Source: Mizuhopecten yessoensis
Lineage: Eukaryota
Assembly: GCF_002113885.1 (NCBI RefSeq)
Contig: NW_018405730.1
Location: 388,530 to 452,529 of the forward strand
Direction: 5' to 3'
DNA: 64,000 nt
In this document: positions 1-12,100 of the stretch, in pieces
Layout of the letters: every line of letters starts with the position of its first letter
How positions within the stretch are numbered: position 1 is the stretch's first letter
Notes under the pieces: generated by a model
The model's database searches: none
Told to the model about the DNA's origin: nothing
The model's input: the letters and a program-made list of their open reading frames with translations, nothing else
Program-made: the position numbers and the translations under genes

Positions 1-1380
1 GTTATCGTAGTTCACATAAACGTGAAGCTGTTCAGAAATGTCAGTAATCGTAGTTCACATAAACGTGAAGTTGTTCACCAATGTCAATAATCGTAGTTCA
101 CATAAACGCGAAGCTGTTCAGCAATGTCAGTAATCGTAGTTTACATAAACGTGAAGCTGTTCACCAATGTCAGTAATCGTAGTTCACATAAACGTGAGGC
201 TGTTCACCAATGTCAGTAATCATAGTTCACATAAACGTGAAGCTGTTCACCAATGTCAATAATCTTAGTTCACATAAATGTGAAGCTGTTCACCAATGTC
301 AATAATCGTAGTTCACATAAATGTGAAGTTGTTCACCAATGTCAATAATCGTAGTTCACATAAACGCGAAGCTGTTCAGCAATGTCAGTAATCGTAGTTT
401 ACATAAACGTGAAGCTGTTCACCAATGTCAGTAATCGCAGTTCACATAAACGTGAGGCTGTTCACCAATGTCAGTAATCATAGTTCACATAAACGTGAAG
501 CTGTTCACCAATGCCAGTAATCGTAGTTCACATAAACGTGAAGCTGTTCTCCAATGTCAATAATCGTAGGTCACATAAACGTGAAGCTGTTCAGCAATGT
601 CAGTAATCGTAGTTTACATAAACGTGAAGCTGTTCACCAATGTCATTAATCGTAGTTTACATAAACGTGAAGCTGTTCACCAATGTCAGTAATCGTAGTT
701 CACATAAACGTGAAGTTGTTCACCAATGTCAATAATCGTAGTTCACATAAACGTGAAGCTGTTCAGCAATGTCAGTAATCGTAGTTTACATAAACGTGAA
801 GCTGTTCACCAATGTCAGTAATCGTAGTTCACATAAACGTGAGGCTGTTCACCAATGTCTGTTATCGTAGTTCACATAAACGTGAAGCTGTTCAGAAATG
901 TCAGTAATCGTAGTTCACATAAACGTGAACCTGTTCACCAATGTCAGTAATCGTAGTTCACATAAACCCGAATCTGTTCACCAATGTCAGTAATCGTAGT
1001 TCACATAAACGTGAAGCTTTTCACCAATGTCAGTAATCGTAGTTCACATAAACCTGAAGCTGTTCACCAATGTCAGTAATCGTAGGTCACATAAACGTGA
1101 AGCTGTTCACCAATATCAGTAGTCGTAGTTCACATAAACGTGGAGCTGTTCACCAATATCAGTAGTCGTAGTTCACATAAACGTGAAGCTGTTCACCAAT
1201 GTCAGCAATCTTGGTTCACATAAACGTGAAGCTGTTCACCAATGTCAGCAATCATAGTTCACATAAACGTGAAGCTGTTCACCAATGTCAGTAATCGTAG
1301 TTCACATAAACGTGAAGCTGTTCACCAATGTCATCAATCGTAGTTCACATAAACGTGAAGCAGTTCACCAATGTCAGTAA
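1..1380. repeat. 43-bp tandem minisatellite (~32 copies, runs off the left edge)
   Basis: Unit GTAATCGTAGTTCACATAAACGTGAAGCTGTTCACCAATGTCA repeats with period 43 (starts at 1, 44, ...) and few substitutions. Confidence 0.97.
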
Positions 1381-2764
1381 TGTTATTAATGACCGTATCG
1401 GGGTTTTTTCGAGAACATATTTGTACTGTTGTACTTCAAGCAACAAGACAAGAACAGTGACGTCATCGATTGTTGCGTAATCTCGAAACGAAGTAACACG
1501 AATGGTTGTACTGATTACAAGTCGATATGTCTGGATAACGTAATGACTCAAGCGATAAATGATTTCCTTATGAAACCTTGTTTAACGAACGCGCAATGAC
1601 ATAACACTAACATGTTTTGATATGTGTTGCATATTTGTTTTTAGTTTCCTGTTGGCATTCCCGGAATTGAAACGTAAGAGAAACAGTCAAGAACGATATT
1701 CGTGTTAAAGCAAGTGCTGTTTCTATGTTTTACAGTATGCACTCGGTCTAAAAATAGATTTGGGAGATGCGTAGGAGTGAGTACGTGTGTTTGATAACGT
1801 TCTGCAATGCAATCCAACAGGTGGCGCAGCGTGTATAGCAGATTTGTCTATCTCGTCTGTTTCCGTAAATAGCGCGTCATAAACAGCAGCTGCCACAACA
1901 CAGTTCTGTAGCGGCAGCCTGAAGGACGTTACTGAAATATAAACAATATAAATTAAATATATGATAAAGGTAAAATGCAAATAAAATTAAACTAGCACAA
2001 TGATATTGTATTGATAAAATCGTTTTGTTTGTGTGTTCTGGTTCGACCTCCTTGCAAAAGCCAGGGTCATCTATGAAGACAGGTGTTAAGGAAGCCACTA
2101 CCGACAAGAACGAATATGGATTAGAGATTAGAGAAAGATCTTAAGGGTTGCAATGGGGGCAGCCAATCAATTTGGGTTCCATAAATACTCCCCGAACAAA
2201 AGGCATTGAAAAGGCCTACGATTCAGTAGGGAGTCCCACGTTATAGTTACAGCCCCTTAATTACGACAACCGCAGTGGGATAGAGCAGCCCTATAATATT
2301 CCCCAAGCTTGTACAGGGGGATTACACTTGTTAATTGGCAACATTAAATGGTCTGGTGTTAATGATGATGGCTTAATAAATACATATTTAAACAGGCATA
2401 CTGAAGTAAAAATGTTAATTGGTATCGGTTATAAAGAGGAAGAGGATTTCCACTCGAAGTTTTGTTTACTTCGAGTATTTCTAACTTCTCCTGTTAAGTT
2501 TTTCATGGGCTTTGCAGTCCACAAATTGGAACAGTTTTTGATGTTTTGTTGCTGAAGCGCAGGCTTTGTAATGTCAAGGTCCCGAGTTCGACCCCGGGTT
2601 ATTTTCGCGTGTGTTATTTTAACACTGTATTTTAAGCATTCAAATTTCGATTAACTATAATTCTGTTAATTGCATGGCAATTTGTAATTTTGATGGAACT
2701 CATCTTTTGAAAAGGGTTTAAATAAATATCACATAGTAAATTAAGCCTCAAGTGTAATGGAATG

Positions 2765-3246
2765 CATCATCGATACTCAAGGATAACGCTAGCTGCGGGA
2801 ACCGTAGCTTCTATGTCCGATTTTTTTTTTTTTATTATTTTTATGGTCCGATAACAATAAAAATAAAAAAAATAAAAAATTCGGACATAGAAGCTACGGT
2901 TCCCGCAGCTAGGAAAACGCTCACTTCACCCATGGAATATGTCATAGCAATATTGAAGCCATGCGAACAGCTATTTGATCGGTGTCAAGTAAAAAAAACA
3001 CCTTACCCAATAGCTAGGCTGATACCTGTCCTTTGAAGATTACAGAGGAGCGACACGCGAATTAAAAGCCATTCAATTTTACCGTTACACGACCGCGATA
3101 ATCTTTTGTTTATATCAAAGGATCAAACTAGTCTTCTTGTCCCATCCACGAAGCGATGCACTAGAACTGAGCCTTCGATTTCGCTATGACATATTTCAGG
3201 GGTGCAGGGAGCGAAAGTGAGCGTAACCCCCGGAGTATCGAGGATA
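2765..3246. mobile_element. Non-autonomous TIR DNA transposon (CAT..ATR ends, 9-bp TSD; AcademH-like), interrupted by a nested MITE
   Basis: Left end CATCATCGATACTCAAGG...ACGCTCACTTC is inverted relative to the right end AAAGTGAGCGTAACCCCCGGAGTATCGAGGATA. Perfect TSD AATGGAATG at 2756-2764 and 3247-3255. The superfamily assignment is inference. Confidence 0.8.
2790..2911. mobile_element. 122-bp hairpin MITE with TAG..CTA ends and 9-bp TSD, nested in the TIR of 2765-3246
   Basis: Perfect 31-bp TIR TAGCTGCGGGAACCGTAGCTTCTATGTCCGA / TCGGACATAGAAGCTACGGTTCCCGCAGCTA, extended by T-run/A-run pairing. Flanks are GGATAACGC (2781-2789) and GGAAAACGC (2912-2920). Confidence 0.85.
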
Positions 3247-6195
3247 AATGGAATGTTGACCAATGAAAGCAACATTTATTGATACATCAGGACATGAACA
3301 AATTGCCGAAATCCAAATATAATAAAATAAATAAGAGTATTGTAGGTGGATCACGTATCGACGTTTAGGTGTACTACATTGTTATATTCCACACTTTTGT
3401 TATTCTTGTTTTGATGTTAGCTCGTCAGATGACAGACAAAAGACGTAAATGCTTACATTATCACGGCTACACGATACATTTAACACCTTCGTTGTAGGGA
3501 AACATGATTCTTTGTTTCCCCTCATTTTTCTACCAGGATTACCATACATATGTCATTATACCGAAACAGAACAATAACACAACATTAAAGATGATCTCAG
3601 GCTAATGTGTCATTCATTGTTGTGGTCAGCGTTAAACACTCGGATTTTAATGTAGTGTCTCTCGGTCATTGCTCTAGAGATGTTCCGAAATAAGGGAAAT
3701 AAGAACGGCGAAACTCGGGCAGCAGAGGGGAATACGACGCTTTATTTCCTTGTCACGTTATAACTATAATCCAATCAGACACACTGTTATATGAACGAGG
3801 TGAAAAAATACACACACTTTTTGTTTATAAAACAGCTTAATCGTATTCCCACTACCATGGATAATTCTATGCTAATTACAAATTCGTTTGTGACCTGAAA
3901 AATGTTCCAAAATAAAAAATAAAAATGATGTGTCGACAAGTTTGAAACACACAGAATTGACAATCCATTGCAATAATGGAATGTTATATAATACTAATTT
4001 ACCAAACTTGATTTAATTTTAATTTAGTGTCACCTTCATCATACAAATGACCAATGAAGCGTATGCACACGAAGGTGTAAACTATTTACGAGTTGTCCAC
4101 AAATCGTTGTCGATTCAGCTACGCCGTAAGCGTATGTTCAACACTTTTTTGACACTTTTTTTGTTGTGGTACATGAATCTTTTCACAATCCATGCTTACC
4201 AACCTGAGGAAAATGTTTAGAAATATTGAATTGCCTTTTGATAGCGACATGATTGAGTACGAGTTATACAAAATATACAAAGCCCTTATCAAACCGGTTT
4301 CATTCTTACCGTTTCTTATACATGTAACATTATTTTTCCATTCGCCATCTTGTAAAATATATTTTATTACCAAGCCAAATATTTGGTTTGTTAATATAAA
4401 GTGAAGTATTATCCAAAAGTGATGTAAAACGGCCATGTCATAGAAAAATATGACCGCAATGCGCCATTTGATATTACTCACTAAGTACTATTATAATTTC
4501 GTCTTCACCTTGGCATCAACATAGCGACCGAAAATACTTCGACCATTCGTTGTCAAACCTGATTGATATTAGGCACCTGAGTACCAGAGAACCTATTTAA
4601 CGCAGTAATTAGTCGTTATCTCAAAGCTATTTACGAACTGTCATTATTTTGTCCTCGTGTGCATGGTATACAGGACGCGTGAGTTAGACGTGACTGATTT
4701 TATCTACACGGCCGAACTACGTAGTTCTTTCGTGATAGCCAACACATTTTGAAGTGCATTCTTATCGCACGTGCAATACTGACAACGCCCCATCTTTTGT
4801 TGGTCTTGCTCATCAAGTGAACGATGCCATTTGCTCTGATGTGCCAAATAGAGTCTATTTAATTAGTATGATTTTATGTTTCTTCTGTGCCTAGTGTTTG
4901 CATTTAGGAAATCAATTTGAGACGGACTCCATGTTTAGCCTCGACCCTTCATATTCAACTTTAAAAGCGCGTTTAGTGGAATTTGGTGTTTCCTGTTGGT
5001 CAGTTGTCTGACGGCAAATGCCAACTGAAAGCATTGGAAAGCTTAATAGACCGTATATGGCTTTTTTCCATTCCTCACTTTCGTAAACATATAAAAGCAT
5101 TTCTACTATAGCATGTACTATTTGTATGGGCACGTGGGCATGCATTTGTAAAAACGAAAACTTATGTCAGAGAAAAGAGGTCTTACCAGGACTTAATTTT
5201 GTTTCTCAAGATTTTCATCTTGTTATTAATTGATGAACCCATCATTAAACCATATTTAATTGCCAATCAAATCATGACAGAATGCATAACGCAGTATTGC
5301 TAATGAAACCTTAATTATTGAATGTACTTTATCAATTATTCAGTTTTCCGTGACAAGCAAGACTTGTTTCGAAGCCATGGGGGTTTCTATCACTACAACG
5401 GTGGAAAGTGTTCATTTTAAGCCCCAATAAAGCTTCTGTTGACAGTAACGTCCAGAGTGGTGGCATTAAGTAGTATTCTCGAGAAATAGGTAAGACTGGG
5501 GCTACAATTTGTGTTCAACGTAGCAATAGATAATATAGACATTTATTGTTTACGTAGATCGAAAGTGTCGGGACGGGAGATGTGATTGACGGCAAAAGCA
5601 CCCGATAAACTGAGCAAAAACAATACACAGTAGATTCCACTACGTGCGGATTATTTCTGGTGATTGACAGGCTAAGTACCCGATAAACCGGAGAAAATAA
5701 CACCAGGATCCTGACTCACTACATCACCATTATACTGTAACCAGTGGGCACCAGATAACGTACGCCCTCCGGTGTTAGACGTTTTTTGGATAGCGTCCAA
5801 GCCAGGGAACTAATGATGAAGTTTTGTCAGAATGTGATTTTCTAACCGTAAACGTATGGAAGCCCCGTTGTTTCCAAGCCAACCACTCAACAAGGTTGTT
5901 ATGTTGTGATTGGCAACGCCGTAACCACTATAACAAGCCAACGTATAAGGGGAGAAGAATGCAAAGCTTGCCTTAGCCTATAGGTCAGCAATTTTGTCCA
6001 CAGAATCGTTTGATTTATGGAAAGCCCAACGTTATTTACGACGTATTGGGGAACGATATGATGGGTACAAATTAATCGCATTCGAACTAAATATTGACTT
6101 TGATCAATAGAATGTTTCCCTACCTTAATGTTATGACAGAATTTAGCTCAACCTGAAAAGCGACATTATTGTTTGCTCTCAGCTGTGGAACACGA

Positions 6196-6278
6196 ACTAT
6201 TGTAACCCAACCCACAAGTGTAACCCAGTAACACAAGTGTAACCCAGTAACACAAGTGTAACCCAGTAACACAAGTGT
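6196..6278 (-). repeat. Short inverted copy (~4 units) of the 18-bp GGGTTACACTAGT satellite
   Basis: TGTAACCCAACCCACAAGTGTAACCCAGTAACACAAG... is the reverse complement of CTGGGTTACACT(A/T)GTGGG-type units. Confidence 0.75.
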
Positions 6279-6517
6279 TCCGGTTCATCAGTATCTTCCA
6301 AACGTCGTTCTTAGTTTGGATGACGGCAGTTTTTCGGATTTTGGTTTAAGTAAGAACAATTGCTAAGACAGACACGGGTATCCAAAATCACTTCCGGTTT
6401 TCCCTTATCGTCCATAGTCCATGAATTTTGCAATGGGGAAGAAGTTTAGTTTAAACATGTTCTATTGTTAACTACTAATGTAACAAATGTTACAAAAGTG
6501 GTTGCATTCGAATGTGT

Positions 6518-9150
6518 GGTTACACTAGTGAGCTGGGTTACCTAGCGGGCTGGGTTACATTAGTGGGCTGGGTTACCTAGCGGGCTGGGTTACATTAGTG
6601 GGCTGGTTTACTAGGGAGATGGGTTACACTAGTGGGCTGGGTTACAGTAGTGGGATGGGTTACACTAGTGAGCTTGGTTACACTAGTGGGCTGGGTTACA
6701 TTAGTGGGTTGGGTTACATTAGTGAATGGGTTACATTAGCGGGCTTGGTAACAGTAGTGGGCTGGGTTATATAGTGAACTGGGTAACCTAGTGGGACGAT
6801 TTACAGTAGTGGGCTGGGCTACACTAGTGGGCTGGTTTACATTAGTGGCATGGGTTACACTAGTGGGCTGGGTTACACCAGTGGACTGGGTTACAGTAGT
6901 GGGCTAGGTTACAGTAGTGGACTGGGTTACATTAGTGGGCTGGTTTACATTAGTGGCATGGGTTACACTAGTGGGCTGGGTTACAGTAGTGGGATGGGTT
7001 ACACTAGTGGGCTTGGTTACACTAGTGGGCTGGGTTACAGTAGTGGGCTGGGTTACAGTAGTGGGCTGGGTTACAGTAGGGGGCTGGGTTACCTAGTGAG
7101 CTTGGTTGCAGTAGTGAGCAGGGTTACAGTAATGGGTGTTGTTACACTAGTTGGATGGGTTACAGTAGTGGGATGGGTTACACTAGTGGGCTTGGTTGCA
7201 CTAGTGGGCTTGGTTGCACTAGTGGGCTGGGTTACCTAGTGGGCTTGGTTGCACTAGTGTGCTTGGTTACACTAGTGGGCTGGGTTACACTAGTGGGACG
7301 AGTTACACTAGTGGGCTGGGTTACAATAGTGGGACGAGTTACACTAGTGGGCTGGGTTACAGTAGTGGGCTGGGTTACACTAGTGGGACGAGTTACACTA
7401 GTGGGCTGGGTTACACTAGTGGGACGAGTTACACTAGTGGGCTGGGTTACAGCAGTGGGTGGTGTTACACTAGTGGGTGGTGTTACACTAGTGGTTGGGG
7501 TTCCACTAGTGGGTGGTGTTACACTAGTGGGTGGTGTTACACTAGTGGTTGGGGTTCCACTAGTGGGTGGTGTTACACTAGTGGGTGATGTTACACTAGT
7601 GGGTGGTGTTACACTAGTGGTTGGGGTTCCACTAGTGGGTGGTGTTACACTAGTGGGCTTTGTTGCACTAGTGGGCTGGGTTACCTAGTGAGCTTGGTTA
7701 CAATAGCGGGCTGGGTTACAGTAGTTGGCTGGGTTACCTAGTGAGCTTGGTTACAATAGCGGGCTGGGTTACAGTAGTTGGCTGGGTTACCTAGTGAGCT
7801 TCGTTACAGTAGCGGGCTGGGATACATTAGTGGGCGGGGTTACACTAGGGGGCTTGGTTACACTAGTGGGCTTGGTTACACTAGAGGGCTTGGTTACACT
7901 AGTGGGCTTGGTTACACTAGTGGGCTGGGTTACCTAGTGAGCTTGGTTACACTAGTGGGCTTGGTTACACTAGTAGGCTGGGTTACAGTAGTGGGTGGTG
8001 TTACACTAGTGGGCTTTGTTGCACTAGTGGGCTTGGTTACACTAGTGGGCTGGGTTACAGTAGTGGGTGGTGTTACACTAGTGGGCTTTGTTGCACTAGT
8101 GGGCTTGGTTACACTAGTGGGCTGGGTTACGCTGGGTTACAGTAGTGGGTGGTGTTACACTAGTGCTAGTTGACTTGATTACACTAGTGGGCTTGGTTAC
8201 ACTAGTGGGCTGAGTTACAGTAGTGGGTGGTGTTACACTAGTGGGTGGTGTTACACTAGTGGGCTGTGTTACACTAGTGGGCTGGGTTACAGTAGCGGGA
8301 TGAGTTACACTAGTGGGCTGGGTGACATTAGTGGGCGGGGTTACAGTAGTTGGCTGGGTTACCTAGTGAGCTTGGTTACAGTAGCGGGCTGGGTTACATT
8401 AGGGGGCGGGGTTACAGTAGTTGGCTGGGTTACCTAGTGAGCTTCGTTACAGTAGCGGGCTGGGTTACATTAGTGGGCGGGGTTACACTAGTGGGCTTGG
8501 TTACACTAGTGGGCTTGGTTACACTAGTGGGCTGGGTTACCTAGTGAGCTTGGTTACACTAGTGGGCTTGGTTACACTAGTAGGCTGGGTTACAGTAGTG
8601 GGTGGTGTTACACTAGTGGGCTTTGTTGCACTAGTGGGCTTGGTTACACTAGTGGGCTGGGTTACAGTAGTGGGTGGTGTTACACTAGTGGGCTGGGTTA
8701 CCTAGTGGGCTTGGTTGCACTAGTGGGCTGGGTTACCTAGTTGACTTGGTTACACTAGTGGGCTGGGCTGCAGTAGCGGGCTGGGTTACATTAGTGGGCG
8801 GGGTTACACTAGTGGGCTTGGTTACACTAGTGGGCTTGGTTGCACTAGTGGGCTTGGTTACACTAGTGGGCTGGGTTACAGTAGTGGGTGGTGTTACACT
8901 AGTGGGCTGGGTTACCTGAGAAAAACCACCGACCTACAGCCAGTACCTGGCTAGTTGACTTGGTTACACTAGTGGGCTGGGTTACATTAGTGGGCGGGCT
9001 TACACTAATGGGTGGGGTTACACTAGTGGCTGGGTTGCACAAGTGGGTACACGGGGTTGCACAACTGGGTACACAGGGTTACACTAATGGGCGTGTTTAC
9101 ACTAGTGGGTTGGGTTACGTAAGTGAATGAGATTACAATAGAGGTTGTTA
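6518..9150 (+). repeat. 18-bp G-rich tandem minisatellite (~145 units)
   Basis: Consensus GGGTTACACTAGTGGGCT, with 16-bp deletion variants (GGGTTACCTAGT...) and degenerate edges. Confidence 0.96.
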
Positions 9151-12100
9151 CAAAACTGAGGGTTGGATATTCAAGAACCTGACCTCGAGATTTAAATATC
9201 TTTGGCATAACCTTACCACATGGGATAACTATTTTTTCTCCCATCCCATAAATAAAAAAAATCATAGCGAATTTGCAATCCATTTTCTTTCCTGATTTTC
9301 TGATGTTTTTCTCTTTTAAAGCTGATTTTGACTTACTAATTTATTGTTAATATGACGTCATTGTCGTGTTCCTTTAACATCGGTTTTGGTGTTATGCCAT
9401 TGTGCAATATCCAATATCTTTGGAGTTGACAAATAAATACATTTTTGGAGCGACAAAACAAAAAATTGTTTACTGGTTAAACGGGAGACAGTTCTGTCAA
9501 TGGTTGAAAAACTGATGTTCATACGAAATAACTGTAGCCCCAAATACACGAAGGACAAAGACATCAACGAGGTACTTCAGAAGACACTTTATTCGCGTAT
9601 ATATGTATACCTTCCTCCGTGTTCTTAGCTAAGAGGATGATGTTGGTGAACACGTTTGTTCATAGGAATGCTACATAATCATAAATCTACTAACACCAAA
9701 CACATAAACTGTTGGCTTCTCTGACGCTCCATGCCCTGAAACCACTTCCGCTCCACAGAAAGGAGAGATGACTGTTCCGTTAACCTCACTCATTACCGCG
9801 ATAGGTAAAGATTTGACACAAGTTCTGATATAATTAATAAACGCGTTCCTGCCTGCTCAGTTAATTACGCACAGTAAGGGGTGTTAGTGCTACAGTTATA
9901 AGAAGCACGTGCCTACAGGGTTCAGAAGTTCATGACTCAATGAATCCACACAATATCCATTGGAAACGGTTTTTGATTTACAGCTTTTGGCAAGATTTTG
10001 CCTCGCGTTGGATGTGGTGTAAACTAACGTATGAAGGAAACCATTCTCTAGTTGGTTGTGAAAAGGGGGGAATACATCTTAGCGTAACTACACAAGGCAA
10101 AGTATTAACTCAAAGTTGATATCATGTACAGGACCACCAACCGATAAGACACCAAAACAAAAGGAAATGCATCATGAACCCTACAAAACAACTGAGTTGA
10201 AACGCTGGAAAAGATGAACATCTCCAGCACCAAATGTGAGACTCGTCATATTATTTTCTGTCAAATTTAGGAAAGTATTTTTTTTTATATAATCACTTAT
10301 TAAGTCATTATGGCCAAAAACGAAATTTTAAAGCTAAAAATAAAGAATTTTCATAAGGGCATATTTAGTCATTACTGCTAGAGAATCCAGGTGAGGTAAT
10401 TGAGTTTCATCAGATTTGTAGTCTGACCCCTTTTGGTGACTGATGATAAAACGTTTATGTTTTAATTCCTACTCGAGTTAGATTCAATGAAACTATCATG
10501 TATTATTTTCCATTTTTTTTTGCGAAAAAATTTCAAATCAGTTTTAATCTGCCAGAGAAAGGACTTTTGTGTGTGTGTAATGTGATTGAATAATACGTAA
10601 AAAATAAAACCTATGCTATGTCTTGCATAAAAAAAAAATCATAAATTATAAATTATTTTTTATTTAAGACAGATCCAAACAGTCAATGATATATAGACTA
10701 GCACAATATCCCACATCATAGTATCTCATGCTAGACTTGTAAACATAGGCTCCATGTATCAAAAACGGGGTTAATCGAAATATAAGTATTACAATATTAC
10801 TCTGATCGATCTCATCTGTTAATGAGTTAGGCTGGTTTGGAGACAAAGTCAATATGCACTTCTTCGCAGTTCATTAAATCTAATTCAAGACCAACTCAAC
10901 GCATCATCCCATGAAATCGACAAAAGCAATATACCTTCCTTAAGCCATTAACAGTTCGATATATACGTTTCCAACAATTTATCGCCAATACTCTGTCTAA
11001 CGCCAAACTTTCTGTAGAAAAATTGTGGCAGTATAACGAGGTTTTATAGTACAACACTACAGCATGCACGGTGTTTCCATACTACTATGTACAGCGTATG
11101 TACCATCTGAAGACAGCATCGCAAAACCGAAGCCAGTATGCTTTGTAAGATAACATGCTGAGGCTATATTGATCTCGGATTAGTTGGGTATCAGTACAGC
11201 TTTCCCTTATCTTACTCTTACATACGGACCGGTCTATCCCCATATATCGCCAAGTTTCGGGATTTCCAACCATTAGGTGTTAATGGGTGTTTTGACCGCG
11301 ACGGATCGCGCTAATTGGGTCGTAATGGGGACAGCTACAACACGCCGCCCTGTCGCAGCCATCGCAAATTGCAATTAATTAACGTGTTCCAGGCCACAAT
11401 CACCGCGGATAATGACTATGTCATGGATTCCGACACCGCCTTAAAACCTATACAACCCGGAACGGGTTTTCGTTGTGACTTTATTGACTGGGCTTTATTG
11501 TCGCACGGAAAAATCAATTGCAATTTAGGTGCTGAGTATATAATTTGCTAATAAGCTGGTTATAGACATTCTTTATTGCATGACCATGGATGAAAATGTG
11601 TTACACATATGATAGGTGGACATTTGTGTTCTATACAGGTCAACAGATACTATTGAGATATAAAATAAGCAAAGCTGAAATATGTATCGTTCTTAACTAT
11701 ATCCCTTTATGCACAACCATAATCTATACACACCATTGCTATGTCCACATAAAAACGTTCCGGAGTCCGGCACCCGGCATATCCTTTTTTTCTTATAAAC
11801 ACCGAATGTCAAAAGCCACAACGAGGTTCTTTTCACGAGGATTCAAATGACAGGTTTTAGACTTTTTCAGTGTTGTTTTGAATGAAAACGGCTATTTTTG
11901 TTTAAAGATTTAAAAGAATAATTTAAAAAACGGTTTTCGATATTAATTCACGCAATTAATCTAAAACATACATTTATTCGATCGGGTATCAGTGTTTTGA
12001 AGAGAAAACAAAGTGATCATGTTGCAGGTACCCATGCCAAATAAAATCGCTGGATACATATTCACTCATGCTGAAGGTCATATTACCAAAAATACATTTT

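Noticed and set aside
2550-2600. tRNA-like fragments (B-box GAGTTCGACCC here; GGGTTCGAATC at ~36562)
   Set aside because: No intact A-box or cloverleaf; probably decayed repeat pieces.
6850-8705. Gly/Tyr-rich ORFs (GLGYTS)n resembling shell-matrix or chorion proteins
   Set aside because: They are translations of an 18-bp satellite, with frequent frameshifting 16-bp units and no signal peptide or unique termini.
6518-9150. Interstitial telomeric repeat
   Set aside because: It contains GGGTTA once per 18-bp unit but no (TTAGGG)n tandem.
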